From Bacteroidales bacterium (GTDB lineage: Bacteria > Bacteroidota > Bacteroidia > Bacteroidales > UBA1402), in assembly GCA_017464285.1 (NCBI GenBank), contig JAFUDT010000013.1, positions 379,175 to 443,174 on the forward strand: 64,000 bases of DNA. The letters run 5' to 3'. The notes below the pieces were generated by a model that searched no databases, was not told the DNA's origin, and saw only the letters and a program-made list of their open reading frames with translations. Below are positions 1-14,606 of this stretch, piece after piece. The position numbers and the translations under genes are program-made. The number at the start of each line of letters is the position of its first letter. Position 1 is the first letter of the stretch.

Positions 1-170
1 AAATGTAATTCATTTCACCCAACTGACAAAGTGTCCGCCTATTCTTACGATAAGAATTGTTAATTTGACGGAGTACTTTAAAATGACCTGACAATTATGT
101 AACATTTTTCCTTTGGAATCGTTTTTGTAGTGTATTTGACAAACAAAATAACAGACTAAAACCACAGATC

Positions 171-1706
171 ATGAAAAAATTTTTGAAAGGCTTGTCCATT
201 GTGCTGGCCATCCTGCTGTGCAGCACGGCCATTTCCTATTTCATCGTATCCAGACTCTCGGACAGGATCCTTGACACCGCTTCTCAGGAGACGACCTCCT
301 GGTCGCAGCGCCCCGAAGCTGAGCCGCAGCTGGTCAAGGCGGAGACCCTTCCCGCAGTCGCCACCGATTTTACCGTGGCCGCCGAGAATTCCGTCCATGC
401 CGTCGTACATATCATGTCCAAGACCAATGTCCGCAGTTCGGTCCAGAGCCAGAGCCCGATCGACCTGTTCGAGTATTTCTTCGGCTATCGCGACTATAAC
501 CAGCCCCGTCAGGTCGAGCCTCAGGTGGGCTACGGCTCGGGAGTCATCATTTCCCGTGACGGCTACATCGTCACCAACAACCACGTGGTGGAAGGTGCCG
601 ATGAGATAGAGGTGACCACCAACGACCAGCGCAGCTACGCGGCCAAGGTCATCGGCACCGATCCGACCACCGACATCGCCCTGATCAAAATCGAAGAAAA
701 AGACCTGCCGACCATCCCCTTCGGCAATTCCGACGAACTGAAGGTGGGCGAGTGGGTCCTGGCCGTGGGCAACCCCCTGAACCTGACATCGACCGTGACG
801 GCCGGCATCGTCAGCGCCAAGGCCCGTAACCTGGGCATCATCGGCGGCAACAACGGCAGCCTGCGCGGCGGCAACACCAGCCTGAGCATCGAATCCTTCA
901 TACAGACCGATGCGGCCGTCAATCCCGGCAACAGCGGCGGAGCCCTGGTCAACACCAAGGGTGAGCTGGTCGGCATCAACACGGCCATCGTCTCCAAATC
1001 GGGAGCCTTCTCGGGCTATTCGTTCGCCATCCCCGTGAGCATCGTCAGCAAGGTGGTGACCGACCTCAAGCAGTACGGTTCGGTCCAGCGTGCCATGCTG
1101 GGTGTCACTATCCAGACCATGAACTCCGAACTGGCCAAGGAAAAGAAAATCGACATGGTCGAGGGTGTCTATGTGGCCGGAGTCGGCGATCACAGCGGTG
1201 CCAAGGAGGCCGGCATCCAGGAAGGTGACATCATCCTGAAGGTCCAGAACAAGAAAGTCTCGACCAACGCCCAGCTGCAGGAACGCATCAGCCAGTACCG
1301 TCCCGGCGACGTGGTCAAGGTCGAGATCCTGCGCGGCAAGAAGCATGAAACCATGGAGGTGACCCTGCGCAACCTGCAGGGCAACACGGAAATTGTCAAA
1401 AACAACGGCATAGAAGTGCTGGGCGCTGCCTTCAACGACCTGTCCGACACGCTGAAAAAGCAGCTCAACATCAGCTACGGCATACAGGTCTCCGGCCTGA
1501 CCGAGGGCAAGCTCAAGGCTGCCGGCGTGCGCAAGGGCTTCATCATCATGAAGGTGAACGACCAGCGCATCCAGTCGGTCAGCCAGTTCGAATCACTGGT
1601 CAAGGACATCCAGCGAGGGGGCGGATTCGGTGAAACGGCCCTGTTCATCGTAGGTATGTATCCCACCGGCAAGGTCACCTATTACGCTGTGGATCTGAAC
1701 GAATAA
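171..1706 (+). CDS. htrA: HtrA/DegP/DegQ (Do) family periplasmic serine endoprotease with PDZ domains
   Basis: 511-aa ORF with N-terminal anchor/signal (LSIVLAILLCSTAI); trypsin-fold triad contexts TNNHVV, DIALIKI, GNSGGALVN; two PDZ-like C-terminal segments. Confidence 0.9.
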   Translation: MKKFLKGLSIVLAILLCSTAISYFIVSRLSDRILDTASQETTSWSQRPEAEPQLVKAETLPAVATDFTVAAENSVHAVVHIMSKTNVRSSVQSQSPIDLFEYFFGYRDYNQPRQVEPQVGYGSGVIISRDGYIVTNNHVVEGADEIEVTTNDQRSYAAKVIGTDPTTDIALIKIEEKDLPTIPFGNSDELKVGEWVLAVGNPLNLTSTVTAGIVSAKARNLGIIGGNNGSLRGGNTSLSIESFIQTDAAVNPGNSGGALVNTKGELVGINTAIVSKSGAFSGYSFAIPVSIVSKVVTDLKQYGSVQRAMLGVTIQTMNSELAKEKKIDMVEGVYVAGVGDHSGAKEAGIQEGDIILKVQNKKVSTNAQLQERISQYRPGDVVKVEILRGKKHETMEVTLRNLQGNTEIVKNNGIEVLGAAFNDLSDTLKKQLNISYGIQVSGLTEGKLKAAGVRKGFIIMKVNDQRIQSVSQFESLVKDIQRGGGFGETALFIVGMYPTGKVTYYAVDLNE

Positions 1707-1734
1707 CACCGGTTTCCGGCCTGCGAAATTTATT

Positions 1735-1786
1735 TTTGGGCACAAAGGGGAAAAGAGCATCTTTTTTATTACCTTTGTGCCCCAAA
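1735..1786 (+). terminator. Inverted repeat between htrA and rpoD (possible htrA terminator or rpoD leader structure)
   Basis: TTTGGGCACAAAGG (1735-1748) pairs with CCTTTGTGCCCCAAA (1772-1786), ~23-nt loop, followed by TTTTCTTT. Confidence 0.35.
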
Positions 1787-1799
1787 TTTTCTTTAAAGC

Positions 1800-2660
1800 A
1801 TGAGACAGCTTAAAATCACCAAGTCTATCACTAACCGTGAAAGCGCTTCTTTGGACAAATACCTGCAGGAAATCGGCCGCGAAGAGCTGATCAAGGTCGA
1901 AGAAGAAGTAGAACTGGCTCAGCGCATCCGTCAAGGGGATCGTGCCGCTTTGGAAAAACTGACCCGCGCCAATCTGCGCTTTGTCGTCTCCGTCGCCAAA
2001 CAGTATCAGAATCAGGGATTGAGTTTGCCCGACCTTATCAACGAGGGCAACCTGGGCCTTATCAAGGCCGCCGAAAAGTTTGACGAGACCAGAGGCTTCA
2101 AATTCATCTCCTATGCAGTGTGGTGGATACGTCAGTCTATCCTGCAAGCTCTGGCCGAGCAGTCCCGCATCGTCCGTCTTCCACTAAACCAGGTCGGCTC
2201 GCTGAACAAGATCACCAAAGCCTATTCCAAGTTCGAACAGGAACACGAGCGCAAGCCATCACCCGAAGAGCTGGCCGAGGAGCTGAACATCCCGGTCGAC
2301 AAGATCGCCGATACGCTGAAAGTCTCGGGACGTCATGTTTCGGTGGACGCCCCCTTTGTCGAAGGCGAGGACAACAACCTGCTGGACGTGCTGGTCAACG
2401 ACGATGCACCCATAGCCGACCGCTCGCTCATCAACGAGTCGCTGAGCAAGGAAATCGACCGGGCTCTTTCGACCCTGACCGAGCGCGAGAGCGACATCAT
2501 CAAGATGTTCTTCGGCCTGGGCTGCCAGGAAATGACCCTTGAGGAGATAGGCGACAAGTTCGGCCTTACCCGTGAACGTGTCAGACAGATTAAGGAAAAG
2601 GCTATACGCCGGCTGCGTCAGAATTCCCGCAGCAAACTGCTGAAAAGCTATCTGGGATAG
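1800..2660 (+). CDS. rpoD: Primary RNA polymerase sigma-70 factor (short Bacteroidota type)
   Basis: 286 aa; region 2 [18 protein letters not shown] and [10 protein letters not shown]; region 4 [31 protein letters not shown]. Confidence 0.93.
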   Translation: MRQLKITKSITNRESASLDKYLQEIGREELIKVEEEVELAQRIRQGDRAALEKLTRANLRFVVSVAKQYQNQGLSLPDLINEGNLGLIKAAEKFDETRGFKFISYAVWWIRQSILQALAEQSRIVRLPLNQVGSLNKITKAYSKFEQEHERKPSPEELAEELNIPVDKIADTLKVSGRHVSVDAPFVEGEDNNLLDVLVNDDAPIADRSLINESLSKEIDRALSTLTERESDIIKMFFGLGCQEMTLEEIGDKFGLTRERVRQIKEKAIRRLRQNSRSKLLKSYLG

Positions 2661-2684
2661 CGCGTCCCGTCTTTTCAAACTGCA

Positions 2685-2716
2685 ACGGCCTGTGCATTCG
2701 CACGGGCCGTTTTTTA
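2685..2716 (+). terminator. Rho-independent terminator after rpoD
   Basis: ACGGCCTGTGC / GCACGGGCCGT stem with ATTC loop followed by TTTTTT. Confidence 0.6.
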
Positions 2717-2780
2717 TTGCGGAACTCCGCCCAAGGCGGCTTCCCTCGGACCGGCAATGCAGCCCGGGCCGTCCCCGGCT

Positions 2781-3443
2781 TTATTTCAGGCGGTAGAGCA
2801 GCAGCAGCCGGGCTGAGATCTGCTGCAGGTTGGACGAGACAAAGGGGTCGGTCACTGCGTTGGAGAAAATGTCTGACAGGCCGTAGTAGTAGCCGCCTTC
2901 CAGCCCCAGTACCACACGCCCCAGGTGGAATTCAAAGCCGGCCTTGCCCTGGAGGCCCCACTGGAAATAAGTCTCCGTGGCCTTGTTGTAATAGGGCCAG
3001 GTGGTGCCCGAAATGTTCTGGATGTTTTCCTCTTCGCTGATGAACCAACCGATTTTCGGGCCGGCATCCAGGAAGAAGCGGGCCCGGCCGCTGGGCAGCC
3101 AGGCATGCATCAGAAAGGGCAGCTCCACAAAACTCAGGCAGCGTTCGTAGGCATCGGCGGCCATATAGCCGTAATCGTCTTTCCAGCCGCTCTGAGAATA
3201 GCTGAGCCCCGTCTCGATGCCGAAATACTTTTCCGTGATATATCGGAGCATCAGCCCCCCTTCCAGACCTTGCCGATAGGTCTTGTCCACGTAGAGCGGC
3301 ACCATGGAGGCCGTCGAGAAGGTCGGCCCGGCCGCCATCCCGACATAAAGTTCGGAGCGGGAGAGAAGGTTGTACTGGCCATGGACGGCTTGGACAGCCC
3401 CGGCCAGGCAAAGCCATAGGAACAGACAGAACTTGCGCGTCAT
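2781..3443 (-). CDS. Outer-membrane beta-barrel protein (PorT/OMP_b-brl-like)
   Basis: 220 aa; signal peptide (LWLCLAGAVQAVHGQ); alternating aromatic/Gly beta-strand pattern; start overlaps the stop of the upstream gene by 4 nt. Confidence 0.65.
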   Translation of the reverse strand: MTRKFCLFLWLCLAGAVQAVHGQYNLLSRSELYVGMAAGPTFSTASMVPLYVDKTYRQGLEGGLMLRYITEKYFGIETGLSYSQSGWKDDYGYMAADAYERCLSFVELPFLMHAWLPSGRARFFLDAGPKIGWFISEEENIQNISGTTWPYYNKATETYFQWGLQGKAGFEFHLGRVVLGLEGGYYYGLSDIFSNAVTDPFVSSNLQQISARLLLLYRLK

Positions 3444-5179
3444 GGGAGCAGGGAAGCAGTGATTTTCCTATCGGAGGAATAGCGGATGATATAGACATTG
3501 CGGTTGTACCAGCCGCCCGCCGGATCGGGCTGGACAAAGTCCAGGCTGTGCTGCAGGGGCCGGATGCCGTATTGCTGCCCGCAGAAAAGGTCGGCCAGCT
3601 GGGTGGTGATGTCATAGCCCATCATGGCGTAGCGCGGGAAGGTGTTCAGTATGTCCTTGCCGAAGGTGAGCGCAAAGCGCAGCTGGAAGCGGCGCACCTC
3701 CTCCCGGCTGAAATCGGCGTAGAAATTGCCGTAGATGACAGCGTTCAGGGAGTAGAGCAGCGGCAGGTTGTTTTTACTCAGGGCTATCCAGTCGGGGTAG
3801 CCCAGTATGCTGGTCCGGCCCGAGAGACGGGGGTTATAGGCGGCCGCGATGGTCGATATGAGCCGGTTGGTAGCAGACATGGAGGTCGGCACGGGAATAA
3901 TCAGGTTCTCGCGCTGGGAGCTCAGGTGAGCGTTGAGCGAATCGGGGAAGGAGGCCATGCCCTCGCGCTCGTAGATTTCCCGGACAGGCAGGCCCCGGGC
4001 GGCCAAATAGCCTTTCAGGCCCTGATAGAGGGTGTAGCGTTCGTCCTTCTCTTCCTGCCAAGTACGGACAAAGACGATGTTTTTGTCCTGAAAGAAGGCC
4101 GCATCGCCCGAGAGCAGGCGCTCCTGTGTGAGCTGCTGCGGCGGATTGACCTGGTAGAGATAGGGATTGCCGGCCGTCTCCTGGATCCTGGAGCTGAAGG
4201 GCAGCACCAGACGGACCTGCTGCTCGCGGGCCCACTGCGAAAGCAGGGGAATCTGGTCGGCGTTGCCGGCCGCAATGACATAGTCGGTGCCGCTAAAGTC
4301 GTTGTTACGGAGCGTCTGCTGCAGCCGGAAAGCCGTCTGTCCGATGTCATAGACGGCCAGATCGGTCGAGAATCCGAGGTTCTTGAGCGTATCCACGGCC
4401 AGGAGCACCCCTTCGTAAAACTCGATGTAGCGCTCGGTGGGCTGGCTGCTGGTACTGTCGGAGAGCTGCAGGGGGAGCAGCAGGACGGCCCGCACGTGGT
4501 CTTTGCCGACGACCGGGGGCAAAACCTGCTGTTCGTCAGGCAGGAAAAGCGTCTCTTCGCCCGTCTGGGGCAGGGAAGGCAGATAGGATGCAACATTCTG
4601 AGGCTGCTGCGCCTGAGGCTGAACCTCGTCGGCGGGGGAGGTGGCGGTGATGGCGGTGCGCCGGTCGTCCACATCGGGCAGGATCAGCTGCGAACCGCGT
4701 ACCAGAACATCGGGCACCCCCGGATTCATACGTTTGATATCCTCGATGCTGACCTTCTCCCAGGAGGCGATGTCCTTGATTTTCTCCTTGCGGCGGGTCA
4801 CCAGATAGACCCTGGCCACGCCGGCCTGATATTCCTGGCCCTCTTCCTCGGCGACCGCCTTGGGGGCGGCCTGCGTCTGAGGCCGGTCAGCCGTCCCCGG
4901 CTGCTGCACAGGAGCCGGACTGAGCCCCTGAACGACGGGGATGGTCAGGATCTGCCCGGTCTGCATGCCGGCCGCCAGGAAGGGATTCAGCTCGATGAGC
5001 TGCTCCTGGCTGATGCCGAAGCGTCTGGACAGGCCGTAGACGGTCTCTTTGGGCTGGACCTGATACTGGTAATACTGCTTGCCGTTGATGACGGTCAGGG
5101 GAATGGACGCCTGCTGGGCCAGGAGGGCTGACATTCCTGTCAGCAGGGCGGCTATGGTCAGAATAAAAGCTTTTTTCAT
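3440..5179 (-). CDS. LysM-domain protein fused to a periplasmic-binding-protein-like domain
   Basis: I place the start at MKKAFILTIAALL (ATG at 5179) rather than the ORF-track start at 5245. Two LysM-like repeats (YQVQPKETVYGLSRRFGISQEQLIELNP..., YLVTRRKEKIKDIASWEKVSIEDIKRMNP...) followed by a ~350-aa alpha/beta region. Confidence 0.7.
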   Translation of the reverse strand: MKKAFILTIAALLTGMSALLAQQASIPLTVINGKQYYQYQVQPKETVYGLSRRFGISQEQLIELNPFLAAGMQTGQILTIPVVQGLSPAPVQQPGTADRPQTQAAPKAVAEEEGQEYQAGVARVYLVTRRKEKIKDIASWEKVSIEDIKRMNPGVPDVLVRGSQLILPDVDDRRTAITATSPADEVQPQAQQPQNVASYLPSLPQTGEETLFLPDEQQVLPPVVGKDHVRAVLLLPLQLSDSTSSQPTERYIEFYEGVLLAVDTLKNLGFSTDLAVYDIGQTAFRLQQTLRNNDFSGTDYVIAAGNADQIPLLSQWAREQQVRLVLPFSSRIQETAGNPYLYQVNPPQQLTQERLLSGDAAFFQDKNIVFVRTWQEEKDERYTLYQGLKGYLAARGLPVREIYEREGMASFPDSLNAHLSSQRENLIIPVPTSMSATNRLISTIAAAYNPRLSGRTSILGYPDWIALSKNNLPLLYSLNAVIYGNFYADFSREEVRRFQLRFALTFGKDILNTFPRYAMMGYDITTQLADLFCGQQYGIRPLQHSLDFVQPDPAGGWYNRNVYIIRYSSDRKITASLLP

Positions 5180-5312
5180 CGGTCGCTTGATATACGTGTG
5201 CAAAGATAATACAATAATAGATGTGTGAAGCCGATGCAGACTCAATTTATTTTGCTACCTTCGCAGTGCCGCAAGCTATTGCTGGAATGCCGATTTAAAT
5301 GCTTGTAAGACA

Positions 5313-6599
5313 ATGAGAAAAATCCTGCCCTGGATCCTTGTTCCGCTGTTCACGCCGACGCTTGCCGCCATGACGGCAGTCGGCTCCGCCCCTTATGCGG
5401 CCCAGCCCGCCGCTGCCTCGGGACTTGAGCAGGTCTTCGTCTTCAACGGCCTGGACGGGGCCGGCCTGTCCCATGCCAGTGAGCAGCCCGACAGCTGCCG
5501 CTGGTACCGTTACACCAACTCCTTCGAAGATGCCGTCGAACTGCCCGCCGCCGACATCACCCGGACAGCCGCGGCCACGACCCTGGGCAACCTGAGCGCC
5601 GACTGCGGCTATTACGTCGAAGAGGCGGGACAGCGGCATGCCGTCTATGTCATCGACTACCGGCTCCATCCCTGCCAGTATGCCGGCCTGGTACCCGTCA
5701 CCGAGGCGGAGGACATCACCGAGAGCCTGCAGATCATCGTCAGCGGCTGTGCCGACGACCTCTCCTACCGTGGCCTGGACGGACGCCGCTACTACCTGAG
5801 CCGCCGGCACCGCCTGCGCTATACCGACGTGCAGTGGGACGCCTCCTCGCTCAGCTACCGGCCGACAGAAATAATCCTGGAGCGAGAAGGCTATCTGTCC
5901 GGCATCAGCGTGGACGCTCCGCTCGACAACACGGTCTTTGAGCTCTCCGGCGATCAGTTTGCCGACTATTTTTCCCTGACCGGAGCCTCCGTGACGGCCT
6001 CCTATACGGCTGTCAAGGTGGTGACCCATGCCCAGGCGACCGTCGTCGAGGGCGAGAGAGGTGAGAACGAAGTGGGCGGAGGAGTCAGCGGCCTGAGCGG
6101 TCCGGCCCCCCTGGAAGTCAATTTCATGAGTCTGGCCAGTCCTGCCGCCACCCATACCGTCTGGTACATATATACCACCCCCGGATCGACCGACGACTAC
6201 CTCTACCGCAACGAGACGGACATCAGCTACACCTTCAGCCGGGCCGGCACCTTCACCGTCAAGCTGAAAGCCTCGAACGACGTCTCGTCCGACTCGGCCA
6301 GCTTCTCGGTCACCGTGACCGAATCTTTCCTGGACTGTCCCAATTTCTTCACTCCCCGTTCCACGCCCGGCGAAAACGACGAGTTCAGGGTGGCCTACCG
6401 CTCCCTGGTCAAGTTTCACGGCCGGATCATGAACCGCTGGGGCAATGTCCTGTTCGAGTGGCGCGACCCCTCGCAGGGCTGGGACGGCACCTGGCACGGC
6501 CGGCCGGTCAGCCCTGGAGTCTATTTCTATGTCATCACGGCCACCGGTTCCGACGGGGTGGAATATGCCCGGAAAGGTGATATCAATTTGCTGGAGTAG
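5313..6599 (+). CDS. Secreted protein with PKD-like region and T9SS type B (gliding-motility C-terminal) sorting domain
   Basis: Signal peptide; C-terminal FFTPRSTPGENDEFRV...WDGTWHGRPVSPGVYFYVITATGSDG...GDINLLE matches the CHU_C/type B sorting domain pattern. Confidence 0.75.
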   Translation: MRKILPWILVPLFTPTLAAMTAVGSAPYAAQPAAASGLEQVFVFNGLDGAGLSHASEQPDSCRWYRYTNSFEDAVELPAADITRTAAATTLGNLSADCGYYVEEAGQRHAVYVIDYRLHPCQYAGLVPVTEAEDITESLQIIVSGCADDLSYRGLDGRRYYLSRRHRLRYTDVQWDASSLSYRPTEIILEREGYLSGISVDAPLDNTVFELSGDQFADYFSLTGASVTASYTAVKVVTHAQATVVEGERGENEVGGGVSGLSGPAPLEVNFMSLASPAATHTVWYIYTTPGSTDDYLYRNETDISYTFSRAGTFTVKLKASNDVSSDSASFSVTVTESFLDCPNFFTPRSTPGENDEFRVAYRSLVKFHGRIMNRWGNVLFEWRDPSQGWDGTWHGRPVSPGVYFYVITATGSDGVEYARKGDINLLE

Positions 6600-6602
6600 A
6601 AG

Positions 6603-7533
6603 ATGAGACACTGTATGATGATGAGCCTGCTGTGCTGTCTGCTGTCGGTGACGACGCTGCGGGCACAGGACAAACCCCTGAATCCGACAACGACCTATGC
6701 CATTCCCCTTCCCCGGAAGGCCAGCTTCTGCGGGCAGGAGGTCGATCTGCTGCGGTGGGACCTGCGCGAGCGCCTCGACCGGGAAATTCTCGCCATGAAC
6801 TATATGCATTCCTCGACCCTGCAGATCATCAAGCGGGCCAACCGCTATTTCCCCGTCATCGAGCCCATCCTGAAAAGAAACGGCATCCCCGACGACATGA
6901 AATACCTCTGCTGCATCGAGAGCTCGCTCAATCCCAAGGCCCTTTCCCCGACGGGAGCCGCCGGCCTGTGGCAGTTCATGCCCGCCACCGCCCGGGAAAA
7001 CGGCCTGCAGGTGACAGATCAGATCGACGAGCGTTACCACGTCGAAAAGGAGACCCAGGCCGCCTGCCGTTTCCTGAAGGAATGCTATGAGCTCTACGGA
7101 GACTGGTATCTGGCAGCCGCCGCCTACAACGCCGGCAAGCGACGCATCTCTGCCGAAGTGGAGCGGCAGCAGACCGGCAGCTTCTTCGACCTTTGGCTTT
7201 CGGAGGAGACCAGCCGCTACATCTTCCGCCTGATCAGCATGAAAATTGTCCTGGAACAGCCCGGTCGCTACGGCTTCCGGCTCAAGGCCGAAGACCTCTA
7301 TCAGCCCGTGAAAAGCCGTCAGGTGAGCGTGTCGGGCAGTGTGGCCGACTGGGTGGTCTTCGCCCGGGAGCACGGCATCACCTACCTCCAGCTGAAAGAA
7401 GCCAACCTATGGCTGCGCGACAGCCGCCTGGACAATACCCAGCACCGCGTCTATCACGTGGATATCCCCCTCAAGGAGCACCTGATGTTTCACAAGGACA
7501 GACTCTATGTCCATAATCCGGCCTGGCTGAGCG

Positions 7534-7553
<20 letters not shown>
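6603..7553 (+). CDS. Lytic murein transglycosylase (SLT domain)
   Basis: Signal peptide; catalytic block CCIESSLNPKALSPTGAAGLWQFMPATAR and AAAYNAG. Confidence 0.8.
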
Positions 7554-10389
<2,836 letters not shown>

Positions 10390-10395
10390 CGTAGC

Positions 10396-12375
<1,980 letters not shown>

Positions 12376-12456
12376 TTCTTTTGTGCTTATTTTCAGATTG
12401 TTCTGTTGCCGGGTCTTTCCCCGTTTTTTTTTCTGAAATAAATTTTGCGCCGATTG

Positions 12457-12487
12457 TTTGCAGTTTTGCAGAAAAGCAGTACTTTTG
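12457..12487 (+). promoter_or_regulatory. Bacteroidota-type promoter for tRNA-Lys (-33 TTTG / -7 TAnnTTTG)
   Basis: TTTG at 12457-12460 and TACTTTTG at 12480-12487 (19-nt spacer), 25 nt upstream of the tRNA 5' end. Confidence 0.45.
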
Positions 12488-12511
12488 CGCCCGTTATCGG
12501 AAACGATTTTT

Positions 12512-12587
12512 GACTCCGTAGCTCAGTTGGTAGAGCAATTGACTCTTAATCAATGGGTCGTGGGTTCGAGCCCCACCGGGGTCACCA
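12512..12587 (+). tRNA. tRNA-Lys (anticodon CTT), CCA encoded
   Basis: Hand-folded cloverleaf: acceptor GACTCCG/CGGGGTC, D arm GCTC-AGTTGGTA-GAGC, anticodon arm ATTGA-CTCTTAA-TCAAT, T arm GTGGG-TTCGAGC-CCCAC, discriminator A at 12584, CCA at 12585-12587. Confidence 0.93.
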
Positions 12588-12728
12588 TATCGGGCATAAC
12601 AGGAACGTTCAGACACTGGACGTTCTTTTTTTATCTCCTCCAATCGGGAATAAAAACATCCGCTCACCTGGGACGAACCCAAATGAGCGGAATGCCGCAG
12701 GGTATGATATTCGTACGGACAGCCCTGT

Positions 12729-13808
12729 CTATTTCATCATCTGACCTTTTACGTTGTAGGTCCTGCCATTCTTCTCAAGAAGCAGCATACCGTCGCGGTA
12801 CACCTTGACCGGCCTGACAGACTTGCCGTCGGCAGGGATGTTGTCGAGCGCCGAGACCACGCGGTCCTTCACAGAAACGAAGATAGCATTGGATATTTGC
12901 GGGTAGCCCTTGTATTCGCCGTAGATGGCCTTGATGGTCAGGGTGTCACCTTCCTCTACGCCAAGAGTCTCAAATTTCTTGCTCTCGCCAGCCGGAGTGA
13001 GCACACCATAGACATAGACAGTGTCGGTCTCGTCGACGAGATAGTGGTTGCCGTAAGTGGTGCTGGTAATCGAAGTAACGACACCGGTCAGCACGCATGT
13101 ATCTACGGTATTCTTGAGATCGAGGAACTCGGCGATGGTCTTCTCTCCGAGATTCTTCGGACCTTCTGCTTTTGCAGGAACGAAGGTGACGAAATAAATA
13201 ATGATGGCAGACGAACCGGTAATGGTAACATCTCCGGCAGGAACTTCAATAGCGTCCGAAGTCACATTGAGTTTACCCTCGTACGAATCCTCGCCATTGT
13301 TGGGACGAGAGGTCCAATATTCGGTCTGCTCACCATTTACAACGAGATAGCGTTTTACTGCACTTGCACTTGCGGACGAACCGGTATCGGAGAACTTGAC
13401 TACGATAGTTCCGGGAACTTCTGCCTTGAAATGAAGCGTACCAGCCTGACAGTACTGATTCTTGCGGATAGGAAACTCTCCTTTGAATGCCATGGTAGTA
13501 GCATCAAAGCCATCGCCAAAAGTCATATAATCGGCTGAATAATTAGCATAGACAACTTCTTCATCCTTATTCGGCGTTGATTCTGCCGTCAGTTTGATGC
13601 CGTCGCTGCTATAGAAGGCGCTTTCCGTATTGGCTGCAATCCTGGAGAAATCCCAGGTGGTGGAATCACTGACTGCCTGCAGTTCAGCAGTCTCAGCAAC
13701 GTACTTGCCATGAATAAGAGAGGAAAGAGCTTTGGCTCCAGTGTTGACCGTAGCCGTCATGCTGCCGACGAAAAGTACGGCAGCCAAAAGAGTAAAGATT
13801 TTCTTCAT
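12729..13808 (-). CDS. Secreted protein of unknown function, OB-fold-like region and probable C-terminal sorting domain
   Basis: 359 aa; signal peptide MKKIFTLLAAVLFVGSMTA; the segment ...GNHYLVDETDTVYVYGV...TLTIKAIYGEYKGYPQI resembles OB-fold modules of extracellular nucleases; the tail ...KVYRDGMLLLEKNGRTYNVKGQ resembles Bacteroidales secretion tails. GC is ~50%, below the backbone. Confidence 0.55.
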   Translation of the reverse strand: MKKIFTLLAAVLFVGSMTATVNTGAKALSSLIHGKYVAETAELQAVSDSTTWDFSRIAANTESAFYSSDGIKLTAESTPNKDEEVVYANYSADYMTFGDGFDATTMAFKGEFPIRKNQYCQAGTLHFKAEVPGTIVVKFSDTGSSASASAVKRYLVVNGEQTEYWTSRPNNGEDSYEGKLNVTSDAIEVPAGDVTITGSSAIIIYFVTFVPAKAEGPKNLGEKTIAEFLDLKNTVDTCVLTGVVTSITSTTYGNHYLVDETDTVYVYGVLTPAGESKKFETLGVEEGDTLTIKAIYGEYKGYPQISNAIFVSVKDRVVSALDNIPADGKSVRPVKVYRDGMLLLEKNGRTYNVKGQMMK

Positions 13809-13940
13809 AATCGGTTGTTTTATAGTTGTAGTGATTGGTCGCTCATTGTGCCCGTCTTACATCCGGTTTCCTTGCCTTTTCAAGGGGGCTTGGAAACGGA
13901 CGCCAAAAGTACTTCGATTTTTGCAGGTGCACAAGAGAAT

Positions 13941-14606
13941 TCAGCGTATTTCGACCAATCCGGCGGCGACGGCCGAGGCCACGCATTCAATGATGGTGTC
14001 GAAACCGAACTTGTCCTTGATACGCTCCTTGTAGGTATCGACCGTGGTGGTGGCTATCTGCATGGCCGAAGCAATCTGCCGGTTGCTGTAGCCGCAGGTG
14101 ATCAGCTGCAGACACTCCTTTTCCTTGGGGCTCAGGCGGCAGCCGGCTGCAGGACCGGCCGCCTCCCTGCCTTGGAGAATCTCCTGTCGCAGCGCATCGG
14201 GAATGGTCTCCCCGAACAGGAAACTCCTCCCCGAGCAGACTTCCCGGACCGCCCGCAGAATCTCTTCCGGCGCCGAGTCCTTGGCCAGATAGGCCTCGGC
14301 ACCCAGTTCGAGCGCCTGTCTGATATAGTCGGGGTTCTTGTAGTGCGACAGGATCATGCAACGCATCGACGGCCAGTTTTCCTTGATGCCCGACAGCAGC
14401 GTCAGCCCGTCATGCTCCCGGGTCAGGCTGATGTCGATGATGACCACTTGAGTCTGGGGGTGCTCGCGCAGGAAGGTCATGGCCCTCAGGGGGTCGGCCG
14501 CCAGGCCGATGCTTCCCCAGTTCTGTCCGGAGGACAGTATCAGGTTGAGCCCCATGGCAAAGACCTTGGAGTCTTCGACAATCAGGATGTCGCTTTTCTC
14601 ATTCAT
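13941..14606 (-). CDS. Two-component response regulator, NarL/FixJ (LuxR HTH) family
   Basis: Receiver domain (ILIVEDS..., VVIIDISL) plus LuxR HTH LSPKEKECLQLITCGYSNRQIASAMQIATTTVDTYKERI. Confidence 0.9.
   Translation of the reverse strand: MNEKSDILIVEDSKVFAMGLNLILSSGQNWGSIGLAADPLRAMTFLREHPQTQVVIIDISLTREHDGLTLLSGIKENWPSMRCMILSHYKNPDYIRQALELGAEAYLAKDSAPEEILRAVREVCSGRSFLFGETIPDALRQEILQGREAAGPAAGCRLSPKEKECLQLITCGYSNRQIASAMQIATTTVDTYKERIKDKFGFDTIIECVASAVAAGLVEIR

Noticed and set aside
12512-13808. tRNA-Lys as an integration site for a mobile element carrying the ~50% GC secreted-protein gene
   Set aside because: There is no integrase, no repeat of the tRNA 3' end downstream that I could find, and only a single modestly lower-GC gene. 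That is insufficient for an island call.
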